Positions 32,749-43,544 of a stretch of DNA of 61,031 nt are shown here, in pieces. The position numbers were made by a program, and so were the translations under genes. Under the pieces are notes generated by a model. It saw nothing but the letters and a program-made list of their open reading frames with translations. It was not told where the DNA came from and ran no database searches. The DNA comes from a virus (Duplodnaviria > Caudoviricetes), in IMG/VR virus record IMGVR_UViG_3300028384_000043, positions 1 to 61,031 of that record; one strand, given 5' to 3'. The stretch's first letter is position 1; every line of letters begins with the position of its first letter.

Positions 32749-34592
32749 TGAAAAAATTTGTAATAAACCTAAAAAATAGACCTGAGCGTAAACAACACTT
32801 TATAGATAAAAACCCAACCTTAGAAGATTACACATTTGTAGAAGCTGTAGATGGTTTGGCTCAAGACTTATCTGAGTATAAGACTAGGCCAGGGTGGATA
32901 GACCCATTTCAAAATAGAGGTATTGTACCTACAGAAGTAGCTTGTTTCTTATCTCATAGAGAGATGTGGAAAAAATGTGTAGAGTTAGATGAACCTATTT
33001 ATGTAATAGAAGATGATGCCATAATAAATGTAGATAGGTGGGACGAACCTTTTTATGACCACACCATAGGGTATTGGGATTTGCTATATTTACAACGCAA
33101 TGAAAACGAACCAGAGAATACTATAAAAGTATCTGATAAGTTGGAAAGACCTTGGTACCCATACAATACAACTGCATATGTAATATCACCAAAAGGTGCA
33201 CGAAAGCTGTTGAATACTAATATAATGAAAGAAGGTATAATACCGGTAGACGAGTACATACCCGAACAGATCAGAAACGCTAGTCTTATGGCACTTGCTT
33301 TACAAAAAGACTCTTGTAATCAAGCTACTACGGACGTGCTACCTTCTGACATACGTAACGATAGGAGAGATATGACTATACATGCAATCACAATTGGTAC
33401 AGATAATAGCAAAATGAAAAAGCTATACGACTCTGCAGATAAACACGGTATACAAATAGACAACTGGGGTGCAGGTGTTGAGTGGAGGGGCTCAGACATG
33501 ACAGGGCCAGGGGGTGGTCAGAAAGTAAACATACTAAAACAACATATAGATAACCTTTCGGACACGGATATTTTACTCTTCACAGATTCGTACGACGTTT
33601 TTTACGCAGATAACCTAGATACGATTAAAGAAAGATACTTGGATATGGGCCATAAGGTACTTTTTTCTGCAGAAGAAGTATGCTGGCCCGATCCTAGTTT
33701 AGGTAATCAGTTTCCTTCCGTACACACTAGATACAGATATCTTAACTCTGGTACGTTTATAGGTGAGGTAGGAGAAATAAAAAAGATACTAAATCACAAT
33801 ATTATAGAAGACCACCAAGATGACCAATTGTTTTACCAGCAAGCATATCTAGAAGGTCTATACGATATCGGTCTTGATGTAGAAGCTTACATCTTCCAGT
33901 GCCACGAACCTAATATAACTATGTTAGGCAATCAGTTACATAACCAAGAAACTACTTGTTGCCCTTGTATATACCATGGTAATGGTGATGACTCTGCAAA
34001 AGATAACTTTGAACGTATCTACAAAGAAATGTATCCACAGTATAATTTGTTTCATACACCTACTCATGATTACGAAGTCATAGAGAAAGACATGATACTG
34101 ATAGATTTTATGTCAGAACACCAATGCCAAAGGCTTATAGAATTAGCAGAACAAAAAGCAGAATGGAAAAGTCTACCTAACGACACTTACCCTGCACAAG
34201 AGATAAGACTAAAAGAACTTAACATATACCAAGAACTAGAAGAACATTGGCAGAACCATGTCAAACCTATAATAGAACCTTATTGGAAGCCTATGGTTGT
34301 AGAAGGTGTAAGAGATGCGTTTATGTTGAAGTATTCTACTGATTCACAAACAAAACTAGCACTACACCATGACTCCTCGCACGTAACTGGCTCAGTAAAA
34401 TTAAATAAAAACTACAAAGGTGGCGAATTAGTTTTCCCTAGGCAAGGTATAAGCAATGCTGACATACCCATAGGCAAACTGCTTTTGTTTCCAGGACAAG
34501 TTACGCACCCGCACGAATGTGTCGAACTTACTGAAGGCACTAAGTACAGTCTTACTATATGGTCACAAAGGTATAAAGGCGATATACTGTAG
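32748..34592 (+). CDS. GT25 + PLOD-type glycosyltransferase + lysyl-hydroxylase-like 2OG oxygenase fusion
   Basis: VINL..RPER, CFLSH, IEDDA; GGGQKV, FTDSYD, FSAE..CWPD, YLNSG.FIG, DDQLFY; L.LHHDSS, GG..F, FPG..TH.HE. Confidence 0.88.
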   Translation: MKKFVINLKNRPERKQHFIDKNPTLEDYTFVEAVDGLAQDLSEYKTRPGWIDPFQNRGIVPTEVACFLSHREMWKKCVELDEPIYVIEDDAIINVDRWDEPFYDHTIGYWDLLYLQRNENEPENTIKVSDKLERPWYPYNTTAYVISPKGARKLLNTNIMKEGIIPVDEYIPEQIRNASLMALALQKDSCNQATTDVLPSDIRNDRRDMTIHAITIGTDNSKMKKLYDSADKHGIQIDNWGAGVEWRGSDMTGPGGGQKVNILKQHIDNLSDTDILLFTDSYDVFYADNLDTIKERYLDMGHKVLFSAEEVCWPDPSLGNQFPSVHTRYRYLNSGTFIGEVGEIKKILNHNIIEDHQDDQLFYQQAYLEGLYDIGLDVEAYIFQCHEPNITMLGNQLHNQETTCCPCIYHGNGDDSAKDNFERIYKEMYPQYNLFHTPTHDYEVIEKDMILIDFMSEHQCQRLIELAEQKAEWKSLPNDTYPAQEIRLKELNIYQELEEHWQNHVKPIIEPYWKPMVVEGVRDAFMLKYSTDSQTKLALHHDSSHVTGSVKLNKNYKGGELVFPRQGISNADIPIGKLLLFPGQVTHPHECVELTEGTKYSLTIWSQRYKGDIL

Positions 34593-34594
34593 GC

Positions 34595-35227
34595 ATGTAC
34601 AAAGCCTTATCACTTACAAAAGAGGATCTTGCTTATTTTAATTTTTCAGGGGTAATGGAAAGTTTCTATGTGCACTCTAATGAATATATAAACAGGGGTA
34701 CTTTTGCATACCCAGGATCTACACGTACACCAGAAGAAATAGCTACTGTTTCAGTTGCAGGTAAAACTGAGTATTGGTTTAATCACTTTTCAGCAATGCT
34801 TGACCACCCAGGCGGGGTTGTTTTAGCTACCTATGTAAACGACTATCCTGTAGGTTTGTTTATGGGGTTTATTAATGATGATGGCGAATATCATTTGTGT
34901 AACTTCTTGATGAGACCAGATGCAGATGGCACGAAAAGTTTTCTATTTGCTTATGATTATCATAATGTCTTAGGTGAACTAGAAAAATCCTTAGGTGCTA
35001 CCGTAGCTTATACTTATGTAGATATAGGTTCTCCTATACATGACAGCTTAGCATCTTGGAAGAACTATTTTACAGGCATAGAAGAATCAAATGTTAAAAA
35101 CTGGGAGAGCATGGTAAACTTAGGCGAAGTTACGCAAAACTATGCTGTACCGGAAGGGGAGACCTGGGATGGTATACAGGATAGTTACAGTTGCACTTTT
35201 GAAAAATATAAGATGGAGTATTACTAA
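34595..35227 (+). CDS. Hypothetical protein
   Basis: 210 aa ORF tiled within the operon. Confidence 0.7.
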   Translation: MYKALSLTKEDLAYFNFSGVMESFYVHSNEYINRGTFAYPGSTRTPEEIATVSVAGKTEYWFNHFSAMLDHPGGVVLATYVNDYPVGLFMGFINDDGEYHLCNFLMRPDADGTKSFLFAYDYHNVLGELEKSLGATVAYTYVDIGSPIHDSLASWKNYFTGIEESNVKNWESMVNLGEVTQNYAVPEGETWDGIQDSYSCTFEKYKMEYY

Positions 35228-36018
35228 TGGCCGGTTGGTTTGACGAAGACAGTATTTCCGCTTCTTACATAACGACTGTATATCGTACGCCTGACCAAGG
35301 TGTGTCAGCTAAATCTCTTAGTAACGTTTCTTTTAATGACTACAGAAAAATGACTACTAGCAGAGGCGGTAGCTATAGCACAGGAAACGGAGTAGTAGTA
35401 CCTAGTGGCACAGTTATAAGCGCTGAAGATTTTCATAACGCTGGCGGAGTAACGCCAACACAGACAACTTTTAGCACTGGCTCAACAAAAGGAGCTTCGA
35501 CAACTACTGTTAATGGTGTTTTTGATTCTATTACTAAAAGTTTTATTAGCAGTGGTGTTAACACTACAGCACAAGGTTACTTTGGCCTAGGAGCCACCGG
35601 AGGGAGTAATGGTGCTGTAGTCCGTAACATAAGTGGATTAACAGTAGGTAATGTTGCAGCTGCATCCAATAATGGTTCCGTATACATGTCTGGGGCAGGA
35701 AGTAGTTTCGTCAGTGGGGGGTTTGGTGGTACGTTATGGTTTGCGCTTCGCAGGGTTGGATATCAAACGGGCACACCTGGTGACACAGAGTGGACTACTA
35801 TACGTGTGCGAACTCTTTATCCTGGCGGTAGTACTACTGCTGGTAATATTACTGTTTATAATGTAACAGTTACTTTTAACAGGTCTGATGGTTGGACTTC
35901 TGCTACTAGTGGTACTACGCGTATTTGGTCAGCTAGTTATGGCAGCTTTGGATCACCAGTTTACTCGAACAGTGGAGGATGGGTAGGCATATACCCTTGT
36001 ATAATAGAGCTTGATTAA
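35227..36018 (+). CDS. Putative fibre tip/receptor-binding structural protein
   Basis: Gly/Ser/Thr-rich; N-terminal VPSG..IS..DF motif. Confidence 0.55.
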   Translation: MAGWFDEDSISASYITTVYRTPDQGVSAKSLSNVSFNDYRKMTTSRGGSYSTGNGVVVPSGTVISAEDFHNAGGVTPTQTTFSTGSTKGASTTTVNGVFDSITKSFISSGVNTTAQGYFGLGATGGSNGAVVRNISGLTVGNVAAASNNGSVYMSGAGSSFVSGGFGGTLWFALRRVGYQTGTPGDTEWTTIRVRTLYPGGSTTAGNITVYNVTVTFNRSDGWTSATSGTTRIWSASYGSFGSPVYSNSGGWVGIYPCIIELD

Positions 36019-36032
36019 CATATAATCTATCT

Positions 36033-36215
36033 ATGGCCACGGTTAAAGAAACATTAGCAAAGATCGAAGCGCACGAAAGAGAGTGCAACATTCGATATTC
36101 TACTATTGAAAAACGCTTAGACAAAGGAGACGCTAAGTTTGACCGTATGGACACTAAGTTCACCACAATGATTATAGGTGTGTATCTACTTATCATTGGG
36201 TCTAATTTATTATAG
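36033..36215 (+). CDS. Small protein with a C-terminal TM helix
   Basis: HERECNIRY..I..RL..G..KF plus hydrophobic tail. Confidence 0.65.
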   Translation: MATVKETLAKIEAHERECNIRYSTIEKRLDKGDAKFDRMDTKFTTMIIGVYLLIIGSNLL

Positions 36216-36224
36216 GAGGTAATT

Positions 36225-36473
36225 ATGGCAAAAGCCGAAAAGCAAGTACCACAAGTAATCAACTTTGATGGTAAACAATACGATATATCTAAAATGACTG
36301 ACCGCGTAGCCGAGCAGTTTAACATGTTAGTTAGACTACAAAGCGAGTGGCAGGATGCTAGTTTTAACCTTAAGAAGGTAGAAGCAGCACAGAAAACCGT
36401 TGTCACAGAACTGCAAGTCTTTATGAAAGAAGACAATATCAAAGCAGTAGACGACAGGATAATAACTCCGTGA
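36225..36473 (+). CDS. Hypothetical protein (possible fibre assembly chaperone)
   Basis: AGGAGG RBS; I.FDGKQY.IS.M. Confidence 0.65.
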   Translation: MAKAEKQVPQVINFDGKQYDISKMTDRVAEQFNMLVRLQSEWQDASFNLKKVEAAQKTVVTELQVFMKEDNIKAVDDRIITP

Positions 36474-36922
36474 ATATAGAATTACTAAAAGAAGAGATTA
36501 AAAGACACGAAGGCGAGGTCTTAGAAATATATGAAGATAGCTTAGGCTACAAAACACTTGGCGTAGGACATCTTTGTCAACCTAACGACCCTGAATATAA
36601 TTGGGAAGTTGGTACGCCTGTAAGCCAAGAAGTTGTAGACATGTACTATGAAGATGACTTCAACAAGCATGTTGCAGAAGCTATACACGTGTTTGGTACA
36701 GAAGAAGCTTTTGCTAACTTACCTGAAAATATTCAACATGTAATAGTAAATATGTGTTTTAATCTAGGAGGGACTAGACTTTCTAAGTTCCGCAACATGT
36801 TAGCAGCGTGTAGAGAACATGATTGGAAAAGAATGGCAGCTGAAATGGAAGACAGCAGATGGTTTAAACAAGTAGGAAGAAGGAGTCGAGAACTGCAAGA
36901 ATCAGTTCTGAATACTGTATAA
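36470..36922 (+). CDS. Lysozyme-family endolysin (GH24/T4-like)
   Basis: HEG....Y.D.LGY.TLGVGH, NM.FNLG, SRW.KQV.RR. Confidence 0.9.
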   Translation: MNIELLKEEIKRHEGEVLEIYEDSLGYKTLGVGHLCQPNDPEYNWEVGTPVSQEVVDMYYEDDFNKHVAEAIHVFGTEEAFANLPENIQHVIVNMCFNLGGTRLSKFRNMLAACREHDWKRMAAEMEDSRWFKQVGRRSRELQESVLNTV

Positions 36923-36929
36923 TGAATAA

Positions 36930-38903
36930 ATGGCCTATATTAAACTTAAAACATTTGGAGGTCTTGCACCCAGGACTTCACCAAGACTCTTAAGGGATGA
37001 GTTAGCTACAGTAGCTACCGACGTAAACCTTGAGAGTGGCCGTTTAGTGCCCGTCACAGACAATTCTGATACTTTAACTTTATCTAGCACTACCGAACAA
37101 AGTATCTTTAAATATACAGATAGCCCAGAACGTTGGCTACAGTTCGATGAAGATGTAAACGTCGTACGTGGTCCAGTGCCCGCGGATAATAACGACACGA
37201 TTTATTGGTCAGGGCAGTCTTTTCCTAGGATGGGTAGGAACACTGACATCATAGGTGGTAGTGTATACCCCAATGCTTTTTATAGGTTAGGTATTCCTGC
37301 TCCAACCGCAGCTCCAACAGTAGCAGTGGGCGGGGGTACTACTTTTAATATAACTATTACAACTACAAACGAAAGCGCAACTTTAACTATAACCACTGCA
37401 TCAGCACATGGTGCTGCAGTAGATGATTACATAACTATTGCAAACGTAACAGGTACTATAGGTGGTATAGCTGCTGCTGATATAAATGGAACTTTTAGAA
37501 TAAGAACAGTACCTAGTGATACTACAGTTACAATAATAGTATCTGCAGCTGCTACTTCTGGTGTTACTAGTAGTTCTATAACAAACGGAGCTAGTTTTGG
37601 TGAAAACTCAGAAGCTGAATTAGATTATGAAACCTCTTATGTATACACTTTTGTATCTGCGTATGGAGAAGAAGGACCTCCATCCCCAGCTTCTAGCGTC
37701 ATAACCACAGATGATAATATGTCTGTAAACTTATCTAACCTAGAAACATCCACAACTATTACTAACACTAACTTAACCAAGAAAAGAATATATAGATCTA
37801 ACACAGGTTCTAATACAACAGATTTTCAGTTCATAGCAGAGCTTGCATTATCTGCTACTTCTTATACAGATACTTCTAAAAACAATGAGTTGGCTGAAGT
37901 TATACCTTCTACAACATGGATTGCACCACCAGATGATGACACTGCTTTATATCCTGAGGGCCCATTAAAAGGTCTTATATCAGTATCTAACGGTGTTTTA
38001 GCTGGTTTTACAGGCAAACGTATATGTTTTAGTGAGTCTTTTTTACCACATGCTTGGCCTACTGATTACAGAATTGCGATAGATGAAGAGATTGTGGGTA
38101 TAGCTGCAACCTCTAATGGCGTTGTTGTAGGAACAAAAGGAACACCATATCTAGTAACAGGTACTGATCCTTCTGCTATGGTAGGTATACGAATAGAGTC
38201 AGGCGAAGCATGTTTAAGTAAAAGGTCTATGGTAGACATGGGAGAATATATTATTTATGCAGGACCTGACGGCTTAACTGCTGTACAAGGTGCTACAGCT
38301 ACTGTTATAACTCAAAATATAATAACACCAGAACAATGGCAAGCTAGTTACTACCCTTCTACTATTACTGGTTTTAAATGGCAAGGTAGGTACGTAGGGT
38401 TTTATAACACGGGTTCTGGGTATGGCGGTTTTATATTTGATCCTAGAGAACAAGCTAATGCTTTTGTAAATTTAGATGCAAGCGCTCTTGTACGTGGTGG
38501 CTTTACTGACCCAGATGATAACGAGCTTTACCTAATCATAGGTAACAAAATCAAAAAGTTTCAGGGCAGCAGCACTGCTTTGACTTACAATTGGAAATCA
38601 AAAGAGTATGCACTTCCTAAACCTACAAGTTTTGGTTTTGCTAAAGTAGATGCAGAGGCTTACCCAGTAACAATAAAAGTATACGGAGATGGTAGTGTTA
38701 TTTATAACGCCACTATATCTACTAGCGGCAATGCATATAGCGTAACAGGAACTACTCCTAGTTTTAGTGCTACTAATATAACTGAACCTATGGTTCGTTT
38801 ACCGGCCAGTGTTCATAATACATTTGCTATAGAAGTAGAAAGTGCAAAAACTGTAAATGAAATCTGTATCGGAGAAAACATAGCTGAATTAAGAGAGGCA
38901 TAA
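36930..38903 (+). CDS. Tail tubular/stabilisation protein
   Basis: F.GLAPR..P.LL, YVYTFVS.YGEEGPPS, FSE.F.PHAWP. Confidence 0.7.
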   Translation: MAYIKLKTFGGLAPRTSPRLLRDELATVATDVNLESGRLVPVTDNSDTLTLSSTTEQSIFKYTDSPERWLQFDEDVNVVRGPVPADNNDTIYWSGQSFPRMGRNTDIIGGSVYPNAFYRLGIPAPTAAPTVAVGGGTTFNITITTTNESATLTITTASAHGAAVDDYITIANVTGTIGGIAAADINGTFRIRTVPSDTTVTIIVSAAATSGVTSSSITNGASFGENSEAELDYETSYVYTFVSAYGEEGPPSPASSVITTDDNMSVNLSNLETSTTITNTNLTKKRIYRSNTGSNTTDFQFIAELALSATSYTDTSKNNELAEVIPSTTWIAPPDDDTALYPEGPLKGLISVSNGVLAGFTGKRICFSESFLPHAWPTDYRIAIDEEIVGIAATSNGVVVGTKGTPYLVTGTDPSAMVGIRIESGEACLSKRSMVDMGEYIIYAGPDGLTAVQGATATVITQNIITPEQWQASYYPSTITGFKWQGRYVGFYNTGSGYGGFIFDPREQANAFVNLDASALVRGGFTDPDDNELYLIIGNKIKKFQGSSTALTYNWKSKEYALPKPTSFGFAKVDAEAYPVTIKVYGDGSVIYNATISTSGNAYSVTGTTPSFSATNITEPMVRLPASVHNTFAIEVESAKTVNEICIGENIAELREA

Positions 38904-41900
38904 TGGCTAAAACAAAATTACCTGCTCTTAAGAATATACCACCTAAAACCGATAGAGAGCTAAAAATTGCTCTCGACTCAATCAAAGAAGCATTAGAAGT
39001 AAGACTAGGCCAACGTGGTGACCCGCTAGATAGAGCTGTTACTCTCAGAGAGTTAGAAGACTCTGGTATTGTAAAAGTAAAAAATAAAAAGTTAGGTGTA
39101 TCTGGTGGTATAACTACACCTCCTGGTGGTGGCGGTATAACCACACCCCCACCTGCACCCTCTCTTTTAGAAGCGTCAGCTGCGTTTACTACTATAACTT
39201 TATCCTGGACAAAAGCTAGTTACGGCAACCATGCTTACTCAGAAATATGGAGATCACAAGCTAATGATCTTGGTGGCGCCGTAAGGGTTGCAACTACTAA
39301 TGCCTTCGTATACACAGATGAAGTTGGGTATAACACAGAACAATATTATTGGGTTAGATACGTAAGCGCTACGGATGTGGTCGGCCCCTGGAATGATGTA
39401 GAAGGTACGTCAGCTACTACAGCAGCTGATGTAGGCGCAGTCATGCAACAGCTTACTGAAGAACTAGCTAACCTACCTGGCTTTACTAATCTACAAAATG
39501 ACATGCAAGTAGTAGTAGATGGTAATACTTCTAGTCTTGCTAGTGCATTAGGTACCTTAGATACAGCGGTAGACACCGCACAAACAGCAGCTAACTCTGC
39601 TGCATCAGATGCAGCTACAGCACAGACAGCAGCTAATAACGCACAGACAACAGCCAACAGCGCATCTACTGCTGCGGCTGCAGCTCAGTCAACTGCTAAT
39701 TCTGCTGCTAGTGCTGCTAGCACGGCCGCTACTGCTTCTACTAGAGTTATAAAATCTACCTCTGCTCCTACGCAAAGAGATGACGGCTCTGCTATACAAG
39801 CTCATGACATATGGGTAGATACAGATGACAACAACCAGGTGTATGCACGTAACTCATCTAACAATGACTGGGAGAAATCAAGAGATGCTACTCTCGTGTC
39901 AACTGTAGGATCTACTAGTTTTTCAGGTACGACACTTACAGGTGCTATGGCAAGTGCCCAGAGTTCTATAATAACTATTAACAGTACTAATACCAGCCAA
40001 GGTACTGCAATTACAAATCTAGAAAGCACTGTAAACGATAGCTCTACCGGTGTAGCTGCTACAGCATCAGCCTTGTCTACTCTAACTACTAGAGTAACCA
40101 ACACAGAAAATGCTACAACCACAAACACAAGTGACATAACAGCATTAGAAACTACAGTAAATGATAGCTCGACTGGTGTGTCGGCTCTTAACTCCGCCTT
40201 AAGCTCTTTGTCATCTACAGTTACAACACAAGGTAACAGTATTACTACAAATGCTAGTGACATAACAGCTTTAGAAAATACAGTAAACGATAGCTCTACA
40301 GGTGTAGCTGCTAATTCAAGTGCAATTAGTACATTAAATTCTACAGTTACAACTCAAGGTAACAGTATTACTACAAATGCTAGTGACATAACAGCTTTAG
40401 AAAATACAGTAAACGATAGCTCTACTGGTGTAGCCGCTACATCTTCTGCTCTTAACAGTTTGACTTCTACTGTTACACAGCAGGGTAGTGATATTTCTAC
40501 AAACGCTAGCGATATCGTCGCTCTAGAAACTACAGTGAATGATAGCTCGACTGGCGTGTCGGCTCTTAACTCAGCCTTAAGCTCTTTATCCTCTACTGTT
40601 ACAACTCAAGGTAACAGTATTACTACAAATGCTAGTGACATAACAGCTTTAGAGTCTACAGTAAACGATAGCTCGACTGGTGTGTCGGCTCTTAACTCAG
40701 CCTTGAGCTCTTTATCCTCTACTGTTACAACTCAAGGCAACAGTATTACTACAAACGCTAGTGATATAACTGCTTTAGAGAATACAGTAAATGACAGCTC
40801 GACTGGTGTAGCTGCTAATTCAAGTGCAATTAGTACATTAAATTCTACAGTTACAACTCAAGGCAATAGCATTAGTACTAACTCTAGTGATATAACTGCT
40901 TTAGAGAATACAGTTAATGATTCTAGTACGGGTGTATCTGCTCTTAACTCTGCTCTTAGTTCTCTGTCTTCTACTGTAACAACACAAGGTAACAGTATTA
41001 CTACAAACGCTAGTGATATAACAGCCTTAGAGTCTACAGTAAATGACAGCTCGACTGGTGTATCTGCTCTTAACTCTGCTCTTAGTTCTCTGTCTTCTAC
41101 TGTTACAACTCAAGGCAATAACATCACTACAAATGCTAGTGATATAACAGCGCTAGAGAATACAGTAAACGACAGTTCGACTGGTGTAGCGGCAACCTCT
41201 ACTGCTTTATCTAATTTAACAAGTACAGTTACTACTCAAGGTAACAGTATTAGTACTAACTCTAGCGACATAACTGCTTTAGAGAATACAGTAAATGATA
41301 GCTCGACTGGTGTTGCAGCTACTTCTACTGCTTTGTCAAACTTATCAAGCACAGTTACGCAGCAGGGTAGTGATATTTCTACAAACGCTAGTGACATAAG
41401 CGCTCTAGAAACTACAGTAAACGACAGTACGACTGGTGTTGCAGCTACTGCTAGTGCTTTATCTAGCTTAACAACTACAGTCAATAACAACAGTGGTACT
41501 TTATCATCACAAGCTACTTCTATATCTAACTTAACTACTAGCGTAGGAGATAACTCCTCTAGCGTTACATCTCTACAGCAAGCAATAGCAAATGGTACGT
41601 CTGCCCAGGCTGCCTATGGTGTAGCAGTTAATGCTAACGGTGCTGTTGCTGGTATGTACTTGATGGTAGATAGCTCTGGTAATGAACAGAACAATACTTC
41701 TACATCTAACATAATATTTGAAGCAAACCAGGTAACTATACGTAACCCACACGGTAGTAACGTTACACCTTTTACTGTTCTTACCAGTACAGATAGTAAC
41801 GGCAACCCAGCTGGTGTATATATAGATACTGCTTTTATTAAAGACGCCGCAATCTCTGCTGCACAAATTGGTACTGTCAGTGCGGACACAATTACCACAG

Positions 41901-43000
41901 GATCTATGAGTGCTGCACGTATAACATCGGGCACTATGGATGCTGCACGTATATCTGGTGGTGTTATACAGTCTACTGATTTATCTACTAGCGGTTCTAC
42001 AACCATCAACGGTGACAATATAACTACAGGCACAGTCGATGCTCAGTTTTTAGATGCAGACCTTATAGTGTCCTCGGACCTTGGTTCAAGTGGGTCAACC
42101 GTGATCGACGGTTCACGTATCACGACTGGTCAGATAGATGCTGACCGTATTAATGTTACTGATTTATCTTTACCAACTGTAAACAAAAAAGTAACAGGTA
42201 CTACGATAGGTGGTTTCCAAAACAACACTATGAGGCTAGCCCAAGTAGGAGAGATAGGAACAGAGCCTGGTGTATACATAGGCTATGTAAGGGTGTTTGG
42301 TGGCAACGGTCAAGTTAAAACATTAAGTATTGCAGCTGGAGATGGCACTTACGGTTCTTCTGGTACACAGTTACTAAGTACAGGTAATGCTTACGACAAT
42401 GGGCCTAACTCTAGTACTTTGCCGATGGCCGATACTGGTGGTTTGCAATACCATTCTAATAGAGCTGAGTACTGGTCTGGTATAGCTAGATTCCAAACTA
42501 CTAATGCTATAGCTCAGCTATCTGTTACTTTTATTAAAAGAAGTGCGAACACAGTCCCTACTAATTTATATGTACATGCCCAAGGTGATGGCGGAACTAG
42601 ATATTTAACTAGTGTTGAGTACGCTTTCCAGAGACTTACACTTAATGAGCCTAATCAATTTACATTTACAGATTTAACTAACCAAGCTACTTCTACAACC
42701 TTTACATCAAACACTATTACTTTAACTGGTTCTGGATTCTCTGGTGGTACTGCTACAGTATCTGGTGGTACTGGTGCTCAGTACAAACTTAATAGTGGTA
42801 GTTATCAAAGCCCAGGTTCATTTACTGTGACAAATGGTGATACTATAACCTTGAAGAATCAAAGTAGTTCTAGTGGAGGAGTTACTACACACGTTACATT
42901 AACAGTAAATGGAATAACTGATCAGTACTCAGTAACAACTACAGGTGGTGGTTCACCACCACCATTTAGTCCACCACCAGGAGGCCCACTAGAACCATAA
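38903..43000 (+). CDS. Long tail fibre/host-specificity protein with a coiled-coil repeat stalk
   Basis: Fn3-like N-terminal region, 42-aa repeats, GVYIDTAFIKDA.I..AQI, ITTG repeats. Confidence 0.85.
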   Translation: MAKTKLPALKNIPPKTDRELKIALDSIKEALEVRLGQRGDPLDRAVTLRELEDSGIVKVKNKKLGVSGGITTPPGGGGITTPPPAPSLLEASAAFTTITLSWTKASYGNHAYSEIWRSQANDLGGAVRVATTNAFVYTDEVGYNTEQYYWVRYVSATDVVGPWNDVEGTSATTAADVGAVMQQLTEELANLPGFTNLQNDMQVVVDGNTSSLASALGTLDTAVDTAQTAANSAASDAATAQTAANNAQTTANSASTAAAAAQSTANSAASAASTAATASTRVIKSTSAPTQRDDGSAIQAHDIWVDTDDNNQVYARNSSNNDWEKSRDATLVSTVGSTSFSGTTLTGAMASAQSSIITINSTNTSQGTAITNLESTVNDSSTGVAATASALSTLTTRVTNTENATTTNTSDITALETTVNDSSTGVSALNSALSSLSSTVTTQGNSITTNASDITALENTVNDSSTGVAANSSAISTLNSTVTTQGNSITTNASDITALENTVNDSSTGVAATSSALNSLTSTVTQQGSDISTNASDIVALETTVNDSSTGVSALNSALSSLSSTVTTQGNSITTNASDITALESTVNDSSTGVSALNSALSSLSSTVTTQGNSITTNASDITALENTVNDSSTGVAANSSAISTLNSTVTTQGNSISTNSSDITALENTVNDSSTGVSALNSALSSLSSTVTTQGNSITTNASDITALESTVNDSSTGVSALNSALSSLSSTVTTQGNNITTNASDITALENTVNDSSTGVAATSTALSNLTSTVTTQGNSISTNSSDITALENTVNDSSTGVAATSTALSNLSSTVTQQGSDISTNASDISALETTVNDSTTGVAATASALSSLTTTVNNNSGTLSSQATSISNLTTSVGDNSSSVTSLQQAIANGTSAQAAYGVAVNANGAVAGMYLMVDSSGNEQNNTSTSNIIFEANQVTIRNPHGSNVTPFTVLTSTDSNGNPAGVYIDTAFIKDAAISAAQIGTVSADTITTGSMSAARITSGTMDAARISGGVIQSTDLSTSGSTTINGDNITTGTVDAQFLDADLIVSSDLGSSGSTVIDGSRITTGQIDADRINVTDLSLPTVNKKVTGTTIGGFQNNTMRLAQVGEIGTEPGVYIGYVRVFGGNGQVKTLSIAAGDGTYGSSGTQLLSTGNAYDNGPNSSTLPMADTGGLQYHSNRAEYWSGIARFQTTNAIAQLSVTFIKRSANTVPTNLYVHAQGDGGTRYLTSVEYAFQRLTLNEPNQFTFTDLTNQATSTTFTSNTITLTGSGFSGGTATVSGGTGAQYKLNSGSYQSPGSFTVTNGDTITLKNQSSSSGGVTTHVTLTVNGITDQYSVTTTGGGSPPPFSPPPGGPLEP
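40010..41490 (+). repeat. Twelve tandem 126-bp (42-aa) coding repeats
   Basis: TVNDS motif recurs every 126 nt from about 40031 to 41417. Confidence 0.9.
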
Positions 43001-43338
43001 TGGCTATACATAATTTTAACTACACCTACGAATTTGTAAGTTGTGAAACTACATTTAAAAGTGGTACTGATAGAACACCTATAGTGGCGCAAGTTGTTGT
43101 AGATGTTACCGCGGTAGATCAAGCAGACGATACTAAGACTATAACTATTAGAGAAACTAGAGCTTTAAATTATGGTTATTTACAAAGTGCAAAAACTTTA
43201 CCTGAAAGTTTTATACAAATAGGTAGTGTAACTACTGACCAAATGATTGAGTGGTTCAAAGCTGGCGTATCTGATACAGATAGAGATGGCTACTATACTT
43301 GGCAACTCTATGGCTATGCAGAAATGGATGGAACGTGA
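43000..43338 (+). CDS. Hypothetical protein (fibre-associated)
   Basis: Start coupled to the fibre stop; 112 aa. Confidence 0.65.
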   Translation: MAIHNFNYTYEFVSCETTFKSGTDRTPIVAQVVVDVTAVDQADDTKTITIRETRALNYGYLQSAKTLPESFIQIGSVTTDQMIEWFKAGVSDTDRDGYYTWQLYGYAEMDGT

Positions 43339-43349
43339 TAATATAAGCT

Positions 43350-43544
43350 ATGGCGTACAAAAGAAAAACAACTAGAAGAAAGCCAACACGTAAAAAGTCT
43401 CTTACCAAAAGACAAGAGGCAAGTATGAAAAGGCATTCTAAACACCATACTGCAAAGCACATGAGGTACATGAAGAATCTTATGATGAAGGGTAGTACTT
43501 TTACTGCTGCACATAAGAAAGCACAAAAAACTGTAGGAAAATAA
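43350..43544 (+). CDS. Small basic His-rich protein
   Basis: HSKHHTAKHM..M..G.TF..AH..A. Confidence 0.65.
   Translation: MAYKRKTTRRKPTRKKSLTKRQEASMKRHSKHHTAKHMRYMKNLMMKGSTFTAAHKKAQKTVGK

Noticed and set aside
38903-43000. Diversity-generating retroelement or invertible fibre cassette
   Set aside because: No reverse transcriptase, invertase or template/variable repeat pair was seen
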